In this document: piece by piece, positions 1 through 11,772 of the stretch
Position numbering within the stretch: the first letter of the stretch is position 1
Layout: each line of letters begins with the position of its first letter
Origin: Ginglymostoma cirratum
Lineage: Eukaryota
DNA length: 64,000 bases
Direction of reading: 5' to 3'
NCBI GenBank assembly: GCA_024137785.1
Contig: JAHRHZ010000025.1
Coordinates: 16,260,079 to 16,324,078 of the forward strand
Translations under genes and position numbers: made by a program
The notes under the pieces: generated by a model
Told to the model about the DNA's origin: nothing
Database searches by the model: none
The model's input: the letters and a program-made list of their open reading frames with translations, nothing else

Positions 1-149
1 CTTAACCTATGTCCTTCTGAAACCTACTATTAAATCTGCTTCCACTACCTTTTCAGACAGTGCATTCCAAACCATCATGTTCTTCTCCTCTACCCTTCTG
101 CCAAATTTCTTTTTTAATTTCTGCCCAGTAAAAAAGAACAGCTTTGTTT

Positions 150-470
150 GTTTGCACAACCTCTTCTTTGGACAGCACCTTGCAAGCCCACACTGTCTGT
201 CATCCAGCAAGACAAAGGCATCATGTACAATGGAGACACATTGCTCTCCCAAGTACATTCCAAGTCTCTCTCATCTTGACTTGGACATAAATTAAACATT
301 ATTCTATTGTCAATGGATCAAAACCCTGAAACTCCTTACCTAACAGAAGTGTGGGAGTACCTTCACCAGAAGTTTTAAGATGGCTCACCACTTCTTTTTC
401 TAAAGAACAACTTGGATGGGCAATAAAGGCTGGCATTGCAGTACTGTTCACATGCCAAGAAGTAGTTAAC
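150..470 (+). mobile_element. Decayed 3' end of a non-LTR retroelement (tail shared with the tRNA-headed SINE family at 30880 and 62630)
   Basis: Ends in GGATGGGCAATAAAGGCTGGC, a variant of the tail GGGCAATAAATGCTGGCCTAGCC seen at about 31175-31200 and 62925-62945. Confidence 0.6.
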
Positions 471-819
471 CATCATAATGCACTGTGCAATTGAGCAATG
501 CCATGTAAATCCAATTACTCTGCTCACAGCAATGCGTGGGTGTAGTCCCAAGCTCTGGGTGTGCAATCAGCTACGCGCTGCCTATTTGAAGTGCTAAGGG
601 GTGTGGGTGGAGGAGTGGTGGTAGGGAATGGACACTGCTGTGAGCCAAAGAGTTGGTGCTGGGTTAGAACTTGTGGCCTACAACCAGCTCCGTAGCAAAG
701 CTTGTTTAATCAGATAATTGTGCATTTAAGAAGCACATGTACAAGCGAAAGCAAGTAAGACTTGTGAAGATAGTATCTCATGGTAGTAGCAAGGTTATTT
801 CCCCAGCAGCTCCACAAGA

Positions 820-1370
820 CATGAGTTAGGCCACTTTTATGATACTGTGTTCAATTCTGGCCTCCTTGCGATAGGAAAGATGTAGTTACACTTGAAAGGG
901 TTCAGAAAAGATATACAAGGGTGTTGTGAGGATTGGAGGGTTTGAGCTATAGGGAGAGGCTAAATAGGCTGGGACTTTTTTCCCTGGAGCAACAGAGGCT
1001 GAGAGGTGACCTTATGGACTTTTATAAAATCATGAGGGGCATGGATAGGACGAATGGCCAAGGTACTTTTCCCAGGGTAGGGGATTCTAAAACTAGAGGG
1101 CATAAGTTTAAGATGAGAGAGGAAAGATTTAAAAGGGGAAATTTTTTCACTTGGAGAGTAGTGTGTGTGTGGAACAAGCTGCCAGAGGAAGTGGTAGAGG
1201 TGGGTACAATTGCAACATTTAAAAGGCATCTGGATGGACATATGAATAGGAAGGGTTCAGCAGGATATGAGCCAAATGCTGTCCAATGGGATTTGATTAG
1301 TTTAGGATATCTGGCATGGATGAATTGAACCGAAGGGTCTGTTTTCGTGCTGTACGGGTCTATGACTGTA
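820..1370 (+). mobile_element. CR1-clade (HER1-like) LINE, 5'-truncated 3' end
   Basis: ORF 933-1328 (GLSYRERLNRLGLFSLEQQRLRGDL...TRGHKFK...RGNFFTWRVVCVWNKLPEEVVE) is the CR1 ORF2 C-terminus. It ends in the tail CCGAAGGGTCTGTTT...TATGACT shared with HE1 SINEs. Confidence 0.93.
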
Positions 1371-1731
1371 AATGCAGAGTGTCAAAGATCATGATGTCAT
1401 ACAAATTATGTACAATAAATCAGTTCCAGTCATTTGCAGTAGTGGAGTTTCCAGACATGATTAACAAGAGAAAATTGCCAAACTATCACCACATTCAGCC
1501 CAAAAATGCAGCCGAAACAGGGAGCCCAAATTATCTGCTTTAGGTTCCTGTCCATTGATAACCACCAGACAGTAATGCAATGCCGGTAATACGGTCCAAA
1601 CTTTTGGCATTCAATATCAGGGTCAGCACTAGATGGGATAAAGACATGAAATGCTATGTTGCTGGCAAAACTGTTTTAAAAGTCTTCAACAACAGCTGTA
1701 CATATTTTTTGTTTTCTTTCCATGTCCTTAG

Positions 1732-1805
1732 ATCTACAAAAGGACTTTGACCAGTGGGACGCCCTTTTGGAAGGGGTTGGAGACCACGTGGCTCCTGTGA
1801 ACTGA
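1732..1805 (+). CDS. Candidate terminal coding exon of an unidentified gene entering from upstream
   Basis: Strong acceptor (ttttttgttttctttccatgtccttag) precedes a GC-richer non-repeat segment. Phase-1 reading gives xLQKDFDQWDALLEGVGDHVAPVN* (TGA 1803-1805); phase 0 gives IYKRTLTSGTPFWKGLETTWLL*. About 900 bp of unique UTR-like sequence follows. Protein not recognised. Confidence 0.4.
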
Positions 1806-2764
1806 ATCCCATCTTCAGGCTTAAACCATCTTGGTGTTTGACATGGAATCCAACTGATTATTGATGTGAATGCTGATGAAAGTGAATGCTGATGAAATTG
1901 TACACTGATGACCGACTCTCCATGGGTTCAATACTCGGATGTCATGTCTGTGATCCTGAATGACACATGGTGCGGCATTGCTGTCACTAATGCACACAGC
2001 ATTTGCCCTGATTCTAAATGGATACATTTGGTTCCCTGTAAAACAATCTCAATACTCAGCATATGACAAGCTCCCTTTAAACAGCACACATGAAATTAGA
2101 GATAATCATTTTTATTTCCTGAATGATGGGGGGATAGAGTTTGGGCTGACTGTGGCATGGCAGTCACTGAATGGAAGTTGCCATTCATTCGATCTGAGCC
2201 TTTGCAACAATCAGCACTTTCAGAAGCTGTGAGGAACATAGCCCAATGAAAACATATGGAAACTGTGGTTACAATACTGAAATGTAATTGTCAAGAATTA
2301 TTTGAATCCAAGGATATGGAAATATTTGAAGATTGAAAAGCGTCTCTGTGGACAATGGCAATACCTGCATCTTTGAGAAATGTAGGGAAGTCTAACCCTG
2401 CATAATTTTGTTTTGAAGTTATTTTTGTGTATTTCTCAAGTACTGTTGGGATTTCACTGCTCTGTCCAGTTGTAACTGGCACAGCATTATTTAGCACACT
2501 GTTCATATATTAGAATCATAAATGTTTCTAAGAATTAGTTAATTGTAATTTTAATGCTAGGATTTCTGTAATTCTGATTTCATTCTTCTGAGAAAGTCCA
2601 ATTGTGAGAAGCTAGTCTACGCTTTGATCTGCTTAGGAGGTGCAGAAGTCGAGGACTCTGTCACACTGTAGGTTGTTGTCTTCAGTAATTATGCAGCTTA
2701 ACAATTTCTTTAGGAAGTATGAACAGTCAACACCACTGAGTGGCTAAGTCACATGAAAAAAAAA

Positions 2765-3420
2765 CCCTTTACATTCATTTATATAGAACAACTTCATGAT
2801 ATCCCAAAATGTTTTGAAGCCAATTAAGTACTTTTTAAAATGTCGTCACTGCTGCTTATGAATCTAATTTGCACACAACAAGATTCCACAAGTGGAATTT
2901 ATTTATTTTAGTGATATTGAAGAAGGCCATCTTCCATCCCAATATGCTGCTTTTCCAATAGTCCCATGTGCTCATTTACATACAAATCAAGTAACCATTG
3001 TAGGTCTACCTCCCTAAAGTGAATTATGTGAGATCTTAATGATAATCTTGTTAAATTAGTGATTACATCATTCAATTGGGAAATGGCTGAAACTTTATCA
3101 AAGAGGTACATTTTAAGGAGTGTCTCAAAGGCGAACAGCAAGGAAGAGAGGCAGAAAGGTTTATGGAAGGGATTTCAGAACTCCAGAGCAAGGGAGTTGA
3201 CAAGACTCGTCAATCCTCGAATGAAGAAAATTGGGTCTGTGCAAGAAGCCCATTTAAGGAGCATAGAGATCTTAAAGGGTTATCAGGCTTGGGAAGGTTA
3301 GAGGTAGAGAGTGAAGAGGCCAGGTAGAGATTTAAAACAAAATTGAGAATTTTGAAATTTACAATGGTGAGCGAGTGAATGTAGGTTAGTGAGCATAGGG
3401 TAATAAATGAATCAGTCTTA
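2765..3420 (-). mobile_element. Ancient Deu-type SINE tail plus L2-like LINE 3' fragment
   Basis: 2765-2890 is the reverse complement of the tail seen at 7480-7620 and 13850-13975. 3090-3420 matches the purine-rich block recurring at about 25500, 45540 and 58020. Confidence 0.55.
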
Positions 3421-3877
3421 GTTCAAGTTGGGATAATTGTTGTAGCCCCTGTTAGTTCAACCTACTCTGACTTATGGAACACAGCATAATTCTGGATTCC
3501 CACTCTCAGTGCTGGCTATTTTCACTGGTGTGGGATAAGGGTTCTGGTAGTAAACTTGCACCCTAACCTAGCTAGTCCTAGTGCAGGGGATAGGCATCTC
3601 CTTTGCTCAAATTTTATGGAATCAAGCCAGCTTCTTGATAACATATGATTGATGGATTCTGAATTCAGAAACCTTATGAAAGGTATGTTTAGAAAGCCTT
3701 ACTGCTGTCACCTCCATGTCTACTCAGCCAGTGTAAAGAACAAATGAACCATATAATAACCACACTAAATTTTGAATAGCTTGTCATTGAGAAAAGAAAA
3801 ATGACCATTCAAAATTCTTTGTTGAAAGCCCTTTAACAACCTGATAAAGGTGTTAATATGGCAGACCCATTTTACAG

Positions 3878-4345
3878 TCATAGTCATAGATGCATACAGC
3901 ACAGAAACAGAATCTTCAGTCCAATTTGTCCGCATTGATCAGACACCCCAATCTGATCTAGTCCCATTTTCCAGCACTTGGTCCATATTCCTCCAAACCC
4001 TTACTATACATATAACCATCCAGCTGTCTTTTAAATTTTGTAATTGCACCAGCCTCCACCATGTCCTCTGGGAACTCATTCCATACATGCTCCACCTTCT
4101 GTGTGAAAATGTTACCCCTCAGGTCCTTCTAGTTTTGGACACCCCACCTCAGAAGAAAGACCTTGGATATTCACTCGACCCATACCTGTCATGATTTTAT
4201 AAACCTCTATAAGGTCACCCTTCAGCCTCTGATGGTCTAGGGAAAAAAGCCACAGTTTGTTCAGCTTCTTCCCAATAACTAAAACCCTCTAGTCCTGGCA
4301 ACGGCCTTGTAAATCTTTTCTGCACCCACTCAAGTTTAATAATAT
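3878..4345 (-). mobile_element. CR1/HER1-like LINE 3' fragment
   Basis: Reverse complement of the 820-1370 type sequence (CATGATTTTATAAACCTCTATAAGGTCACCC...CAGCCTCT). Confidence 0.9.
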
Positions 4346-5654
4346 CAATAACTGAAGCTTTTACTTTATTTCACACCGGTTGATTTTATCCAAGTAGGTA
4401 CAGGTATTAAAATAAAAAGCAAAGAAATATTAACTTCTTATAACCTCAAAGTTATCAATTAAATCAAACGCTCCAGCCTGTGAAAACTGACTCTTGTCGA
4501 GCTAATCTGTTTTGAGTCTTGGAGCTCAGCTATGCATTCATTATACTGCCACCTGACAAGCGGATCAAGAAAACCAGACATCTATTTCTCCAGATGACCT
4601 CATTATGATTTTTTTGGCTGAGCTCCAGGATTAGCTTAGCAGTGTCTGTGCTTCATAGGGGTGGGGCACAGCAGTTTCATGAGAAGTGTGTATGGGCCTT
4701 TAATACAACTGGCATTAATTGTGGGAGAACTGAGGTGAACTTTCTAACCAGCCAGCCTCTGCAATCAGCTACTTCTGTGGCTATAAGAAACTGCTTTCGG
4801 TGTCAGCAGACTGAATACAATCGTGCCCCTGCTTCGCCACAAAGAAAATAACACATGAAGGATGCATCTATTCAGGGGTGAGTGCCAAGCTGGGAAGTTC
4901 TTCAAGTGGAGTTTTGTCCCATTGGTGAAAATCCAGCCCAATAAAACACTTCTGCACACAAAAGATGGTAGTAGCTTAGAAATCTGCAAGTAACAGTTCA
5001 TACGTGAATAGAATGAATAGAACTTTGTTAATCAACGGTATTCAGGCATATGGGAGGAAAGACATATATAAAATTATGTAACATCAACCGTGGAACATGC
5101 TAAAGGGACTAAATTGTTAAAATAGAAATGTTGATTGGGGTGGTGGGGGGTTGAAGATTTGGCTACTTGTAATCTCTGGACAGGGGTATGCTTCTTTGTC
5201 TCCAGCCTCTGTTACCTCCTGATAGCTCACAAGCTACCTACCTGTGGTTTGAAAGTGGATAATGTGAAAGAGCAGTGAATAAACCGATTAATTGGCAACA
5301 ATTATTCTGCTTCCTGAGCCTGGCTGGAATTAATTTCAAACCTGCTCTGAAATTTAACTGAGAAATGAACATGAAATAGCGGCTAAGCAGGAGTAGGTTA
5401 CAGGCTAGAATCTAATCAAAGGCTTTGGGTGATTTACACATAAAATAGCCTATTGCCATGCCAGTTACACTCGTATTCCCAAGAATGAATTATTTTTCAA
5501 ATGTTGTTTAACAGACTAGGTGTTAGGTGACTGAACAGTGGACTGCATCAGCTTCAAGTCTTTTATCTTTTGACTGATTCATAATGCAGCCTACATTGCT
5601 GGAGGAATTTACACCTCATTCAAGTATGGATCAGACGAGCAGAGTGCCAACGTA

Positions 5655-7035
5655 GAAGCTAAGACGGATTTGAAAGAGATGCTGGAAATCTTGGAGCTGA
5701 GTATTAGATCCTGAGGGACCTTGACAGAGTCAATGTGGAAAGGATGTTTTTTCATGTAGGGGAATCTAAATCTAGGGATAACTATTTAAGAATTAGAGGT
5801 TACCAATTTAAGACAGGTGAGAATAATTTTCTCAGAGGATTGTAACTCCTTAGATCTTGTCACGAAAAATGTGCAATTTGTACATAGAGTTTGGTTTTTA
5901 AGCTAGAGGCATATGTGATGGTCTAGTTTTATGAAGGGGTTTAAAAGTTAACTATGTCAGTCTTTCAGGAACCATGCGTTTGGACAAATATGTCCCTCCT
6001 GGAATGTTAAGGGAAGATTGGTTATACTGTGAAGGTTTACGACCAGTGATAGAAAATGTAAAGTGATTAGCTTAGCAGAGTCTAGGATGAACATGTTTTG
6101 TTTTAATTTAGTTCAAAAGCTTTTTAGGTAGCTTGAAGGAGGCTTGACTGGGGTCATAAGCAAGCAGAGTCTCTGTTAGGAAAACAAGATTGTTCTTATT
6201 AAGGAAGTAAGTTGCCTTAATGAAAGAGTCTTGTTTATGAAACATCCAGACTAGAAGTGTTTGGTTAGAAATCTACAGTTTATTAAAAGACTGAGAAGGT
6301 ATAAACTCTCAGTTATGCATTGTCAAAGGAAAAGGCCTTCCCAACTCAGAAGGTGCAGGTACGTCCAACCTGAAGATTTGATAAGGAAGAAATTGCTCTG
6401 GATTTTGAGTAAAAGGTAAAAGGCACCATAGGTATGTATACCATAGTCTACATATACCATAGGTATGTATGTATATGTGGCAACTGAACCAACACTATTG
6501 GCATCACTGTACATCACAATCTAGCCATCAAGCCAACGGACCCACTATTTTTGAGTAACTATAATATTATGGTGTTGAGAATTTGATGGGACGTTATTAT
6601 GCCATTGTTTTTAAATCAGCCTAACTGTTATGTGTGGATAGCTTTGTCTGTTTTACTTTTATTTCTTTTGTGTAATAAAATTCTTTGTTTAAAACCAAAT
6701 CTGCAGCTTTGTGTGTTTGTTACAGTGAAGGGCTGTGGTATTCAATTAGAAAAAAGCAAAATGTAATCTATTAATCCAGATCTCATTCTTGGATCTGCGT
6801 TTTTCAGTAGTGACATCAGCTGCGATTATAATAGCCTCTTTTCCTCAGGCAATGAAAGCAGAGCCCTTCAACATTTTTAAGGCAGATGCAAATAGATTTT
6901 TGATAAGCAAGGGGGTAAAAGGTTATCAAGGGTAGGTGAGAATTTGGAGGAATCAAATTAGCCATGATCTTATTGAATAGTGGAGAAGGCTTGAAGAGCC
7001 AAGTGGCCTATTCCAGCTCCTAATTTGTATGTTTG
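5655..7035 (+). mobile_element. Old CR1 LINE 3' fragment split by a ~1 kb insertion
   Basis: CR1 ORF2 C-terminal sequence at 5655-5857 (TTTTCTCAGAGGATTGT) resumes at about 6834 (GAAAGCAGAG...ATTTTTAAGGCAGA...GATAAGCAAGGGG) and ends in a (TATG)n-like tail. Confidence 0.75.
5858..6833 (+). mobile_element. Probable solo LTR inserted in the CR1 fragment
   Basis: About 975 bp non-coding insert between two collinear CR1 halves. It starts TGTCACG, ends ATTATAATA (decayed ...TAACA), and has TATAAA near 6300 and AATAAA near 6674. No clean target-site duplication. Confidence 0.5.
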
Positions 7036-7479
7036 TATGTATGTCTGCCAGTGTATCTATGGAAACTGATCCCATGGCTTCAAATGATGTTGCTAAGGGG
7101 CAGCATGAAGATGAGGAAGTGGAGAGATGATGCAAGGAGAGATGTTTGGGGGGAGCTCTGAGCCACTGTAGGAGATATTCTGACTACACTTGGAAAGACA
7201 AGAATGGAGCTGTTTGAGCATTGAACAGAGGAAATCTCTAATAGCGAAGACGCCTTTTCAGGAGAATGATAAGATTGACGTCATGAAAGGAAGTCGAGAT
7301 AATGCACCATAATGACTGTCACAGAGAATGATGTTCGTTACTTTAGGATACTAAATTGCTATTAATTTTTGGTCACTGTCACTTTGTTTGGAGAACGAGC
7401 ATGTGTCTCTTCATGTTTGTATTTAAGTTTGTCTGATGAAAAGCTTACGATTCTGTACAATTCCGTCGAGGGTTTGTAG

Positions 7480-7620
7480 CAGACAGCAGCTCATGAATAG
7501 GCTGCCGTGTTTCCCATATTTAGAGCAGTGACTACACATCAAGAATACTTATTGGCTGTAATGAGTTTTGGGACATACTGAGCTTGTGTTGAAGTGTTCT
7601 ATAAATGTAGAACATTTTTC
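7480..7620 (+). mobile_element. Deu-domain (SacSINE1/AmnSINE-like) SINE 3' part
   Basis: GGCTGCCGTGTTTCCCATATTAGAGCAGTGACTACAC...ATTGGCTGTAATGAGTTTTGGGACAT...TATAAATG matches the DeuSINE tail as I recall it. Confidence 0.7.
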
Positions 7621-8299
7621 CTCCTTGACCCATGTTGATCGAAGAAGGGGAAATTTGCTTTGAGTTCCGGCTGCTGCTTGATGCTGAGTTATCCCTGTTG
7701 GAAAATATTTTGGGTTTGGATGGAGGATGAGAGTGCAGTCAGGTGAAGCCAGTCATGGTAGAATAGCATGCAAAGACTTGACGTCTTAGTTTACATCTGA
7801 ATAGTGGTTACTTTTGGATGTGGTAACAAAGGAACGTACTCGAGCAGGAAGCCAGCATCTTTAAGAGACAGAGGAAGCTATCAGTAGAAGTGTAAATGAA
7901 GTGTATTTCTTTTCCTCAACTACAATAAAAAGAATATTAAACCTTCACGTTGCAACTGCAATTAATGTAACACTAGTCTTAATTTTATTTATGATTTATT
8001 GGATGTGATCTTTACATTTTTGTAATTTGCATTTTAATTGCTATTTTAGGAAAACAAAGTGAAAATATTAATGCTTTAGTGCCTTCTACCACTCCCAGAA
8101 AGCTAATTAGCTTTTAGGTTCCCACAGGGTTAAAGGTTGTAGAACATAACAGTTCCCCAGATCAATCCTGTCGCTCCAGGCTGGATCTGTCAAAGCAGAA
8201 TGCAACACGTTTGATGTTTAACTCCTGACAGTCCTGCCTGTTCACGAGCTGCTGTCTGTGACAAACGCTCCCTGGAATAGTGTGGAGTCATTAGCTTTT

Positions 8300-8480
8300 C
8301 AACAGACATTCTCAACGACATACAAAGTGACACATGCTCATGTATGCAACAAGACATACAAGACAGAAGACAGACACACATGAGAGAGAGAGACACACGC
8401 AAACTCGGACATGTAACTGATCCAGACAGATACACAGTTCCATACAAAGAGATATACACAGGAGAGAGAGTGACACACAA
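8300..8480. repeat. Degenerate (CA)/(GA)-rich low-complexity tract
   Basis: Runs of ACAC, GAGA and ACAG units. Confidence 0.7.
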
Positions 8481-8659
8481 ATGTCTTTATCTCAGACTCT
8501 AATAAAAATCATGGCCTGGTCATAGCAGAGGCATTAACTGAGATACAAACATCAAGAAAGATTCACAGACAGAAACCGTTGGGAGATTTGCCTGCAAGCT
8601 TAGAGACCACGATATTGGAACGAAACGAGAGTCTTGAGCCCGCATTTGTTGTCTCTTTG

Positions 8660-8790
8660 CTCAGTGTCCTATATAAAAATAGTAGGTGAGCTCTCATTTT
8701 TGCCAGTCCAATCAGAGGTTAGCCTCAGCAGTGTCACTGAGAGAGGTAGGTGCTGCAGACTGTAGTCACGGACTGCAAGGGTACGTCTGC
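8660..8790. promoter_or_regulatory. Promoter-like block (TATA, CCAAT, + strand splice donors)
   Basis: TATATAAA 8670-8677 and CCAATCAGA 8708-8716. Donor-like AG|GTGAGC 8686 and GG|GTACGT 8781. The sequence is repeat-free with locally more CpG. Confidence 0.4.
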
Positions 8791-9184
8791 ATGGCGGCAC
8801 CCTGAGCAACGTAAATTTAACTGATTATAAGGTCTGAAGCCGTGAGGCACCTCAGTGTTGGGGGAGGAAGCCAAGCCCTCTGAAGTGGATTATTTTTTAT
8901 CAGGGATGTGATTTTTTTTTCCTGTTTGCAGATGTGTTAGTGGGACATTGAGCCTCTGCCCGTGATGAGAAAAGCGGCACTCTCTATTGAATTTGCGACC
9001 TTCAAATGTGGCAGGGGAGTGGCTTGGCTTCCAGCAAAATACTACTGAGGCTGCAAAACGGTCCTTATTCGGGAGCCTTCAATATGTTCGTTGGTTGCTG
9101 CCTCAGGGAACGTTTCCTCGTGATAGGAATGCATTATTTATTTATTATGAATTATTATTGTTTGCCTTTATTTTACTGGCTCAC

Positions 9185-9383
9185 CCTTCCACTCTCCAAA
9201 CCTGCCACCACCGATCTGGAAAAATGGATCCCACTGGCAGAGATCTCCTCTTGGGGGCAAAGTGGAGAGCAGCAGAAATTGGGGGTGATCTAGGATGGCG
9301 ATGCCACAATGTGGTTGTGGCAGTGGACATGTGTGAGGATGGCACAAGACAGAGGAGTGTAGCAGATCTCCTGGCAGTAGCAG
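9185..9383 (-). other. Candidate 199-nt exon on the minus strand
   Basis: On the minus strand, acceptor ...ttgccttgtctgccgttcatag and donor GG|GTGAGC (9184-9179) bound it. An upstream donor GTAAGC lies at 9616-9611. One frame is open (HMSTATTTLWHRHPRSPP...WRVEG) but is not recognised. Confidence 0.35.
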
Positions 9384-9666
9384 CTATGAACGGCAGACAA
9401 GGCAAACAGAACCAAACATATACACACACAAAGAGGTTGGCATACATACAGGCAGACATACATACAAAGACTGTCGCATTCAAATAGGTTGAGACAGATA
9501 TTAAGCCCTCCCCCACCAGCACCCCCACCCCACCCCCTCCAGGCATTCACACATAGACACAAATGCAAGTGTAAACGTGATTAATATGCAGCAGACACAC
9601 GAGAACACAGGCTTACACGTGCCGTTTTCTCTCTGTGAATCCTTCAGAGTTGTGACTGACCCTTCT

Positions 9667-9680
9667 GTAACCATGACAAC
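9667..9680. promoter_or_regulatory. RFX X-box-like motif
   Basis: GTAACCATGACAAC matches GTTRCCATGGYAAC at 12 of 14 positions. Confidence 0.45.
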
Positions 9681-11269
9681 ATGCTGCTGAGTATGTAATT
9701 GGTGTGAATGTGCAGCGCCAGGAGAAGGCTGTATGCAACGCAGCACAGAGACAAAGACAAGCAGTTCCTTTGTGTCCTTTCTCTGCAAGCAACTTAAAAA
9801 GACACATCATAAAATTAACACAAATCACATTTCATCAGAGGAAAGAGTGAGGGCGTGACTTGTGATTACAGTTTGTTTTAGATGGAAAGTCATGGAAGTC
9901 TTAAGTTGCTAAGATCTCCGTATGACAAGATGGGGAAATAATGAAGAAAAATAAATGTATTTGGTTATTATATAAAATTATGCTTAATTCTAGAGAGTAG
10001 TTTTCATTCTAGAAATTTCTGGCAGGAGGGACCAGGGATTGGAATACTAGGAAGCCTGGAGCAGGAGGAAGCTAGATATGGCTGAGTGTGTGATGTGTTG
10101 AGTGCTTGAACTGAGGGTGTTTAGGTTCTAACCAGAGCCAGGGACTAATGTGAACCATGAGGAAATCTAAATAACACCAACTTGTTTGAGTTGCAATTAG
10201 ATTTTAGGTTTTTTTTCACTTCAATTACAGAATCGATGGACTGATTCCTACATAAGACACACAGTGACTAATTATATTTACATGGAGATTGATATAGCAA
10301 TGGAGATAATAATGTTTCTATTGCATTAAATAGGGTCTCCTGCTCGATATTCCATTGGGGAAACTGAGTGTAAAATGAAGGATGGCAGAGAGCTGAACTA
10401 ATTATAAAAGATTATTTTACGCCTGGAGTCCGCCCTCCCTTGCTGAACAATGTCCTTGAAATAACTCCACATGAATGGACCGTTTTTAATAAGGAAAGAC
10501 ACCACATAAACAGGATTCTGTTCTGAGAGAAACATTTAATACAAAATGACACTCCAAAGGATTTCAGGACAGAAAGTGCAATTTTCTGTCCACACAAGGA
10601 AAAGCTCAGACAAATAGCATCAATGCATTTAAAAGAAAAAATAAATATACGACAGGAAGGCATTTTGCTTCTCATGCTTTTGTCAGCTTTTTAATAAAGC
10701 TATCTAAGTAATTTCCCTTTCCTATTTCCCTATAAATATTTGAGTTTTCTTTGTTCTCGGGTATTGCTGGTAAGGTCAGCATTAAGACCATGTTAAATAG
10801 AAATAAGAGTAGGCCGTTTGCCCCCTGGAGACTGATCCATTTTCAATAGGATCAAGGCTGATCTGATATTCCTCACGTCCACTTACCTGTTTTGTCCCCA
10901 TAATCCTTGATTCCCCTACTGATCAAGAATCAAATATGCACAAGGTCTTTGTCCCCACAGCTCTCTGTGGCAAGAAGTTCCATAAACTGTATATTTTCAC
11001 TATATGACTGGATTCCCTGAAGTTCACGGGATTATTATGGTTGCACATCTGTCTATTCATATCACAGCCCTGAATAACATCAGAAAAGTATTCACTCTGT
11101 GAATTTGCATCTGGCCTGTGACTCCAGAAACTGACTGACACCTAGGTACAGAATCATGCATACCATTGATCGCCATTGTTGTAGTTCCCAGATTAGCTCC
11201 AAAACACAATCCTGATGTTTGGACTCTATATGTTATTTCTGCTATTTTGAAAATTTGAAAACAGGTTCC

Positions 11270-11750
11270 TGTTAAGCAGCTGGTATAGCTACTGGTTCTT
11301 AAATGGAATTTTAGGGAGTGCTACCTTATGTGCTGTTAGGATGGGAACTCATACTTTACTAGCAGTCGCAGTGAAGAGATGACAAAGTTGTTCCAAGTCA
11401 GGATGATGTGTGACTTTGAAGATTTGATTCCCATCTCTAGTTGCATTTGAACTGAGCGGCTTGCTAGGCTATTTCAAAGGGCAGTTAACAGCCAACCATA
11501 TTGCTTTGGATTTGGGAGTCATATATAGGTCAGACTGATTAAGAACAACAGATTTCCTTCCCTTAACAATATCAATAAATGAGATGGCATTTTAGAACAG
11601 TAGTTACATTGTCATCATTCACTTTTAATTCCAGATTTTATTGAATTCGGATTTTATCAGCTGCTATAATGGGTTCAAACCCATGTCCCCACATCAGTAG
11701 TTTGGGCCTCTGGATTACTAACCCAGTGACATTGCCACTAAGCTGCTGCC
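11270..11750 (-). mobile_element. Old tRNA-headed SINE / LINE-tail fragments
   Basis: Reverse complement of the 30880-31230 family (GGGCAGTTAACAGCCAACCATATTGCT...TTTCCTTCCCT...GGATTACTAACCCAGTGAC). Confidence 0.65.
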
Positions 11751-11772
11751 CTCTCCATAAATATAGTTATGA

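Noticed and set aside
1905-1945. SECIS or hammerhead at ATGA-CCGA...TCGG-ATG
   Set aside because: The helix is only about 4 bp, there is no apical AA at SECIS spacing, and no GAAA for a hammerhead.
8987-9546. Overlapping ORFs of 166, 95 and 121 aa as single-exon genes
   Set aside because: They run through AT-rich and CA-repeat tracts with no recognisable domain, and two use non-ATG starts. Only the splice-bounded part is kept as a candidate.
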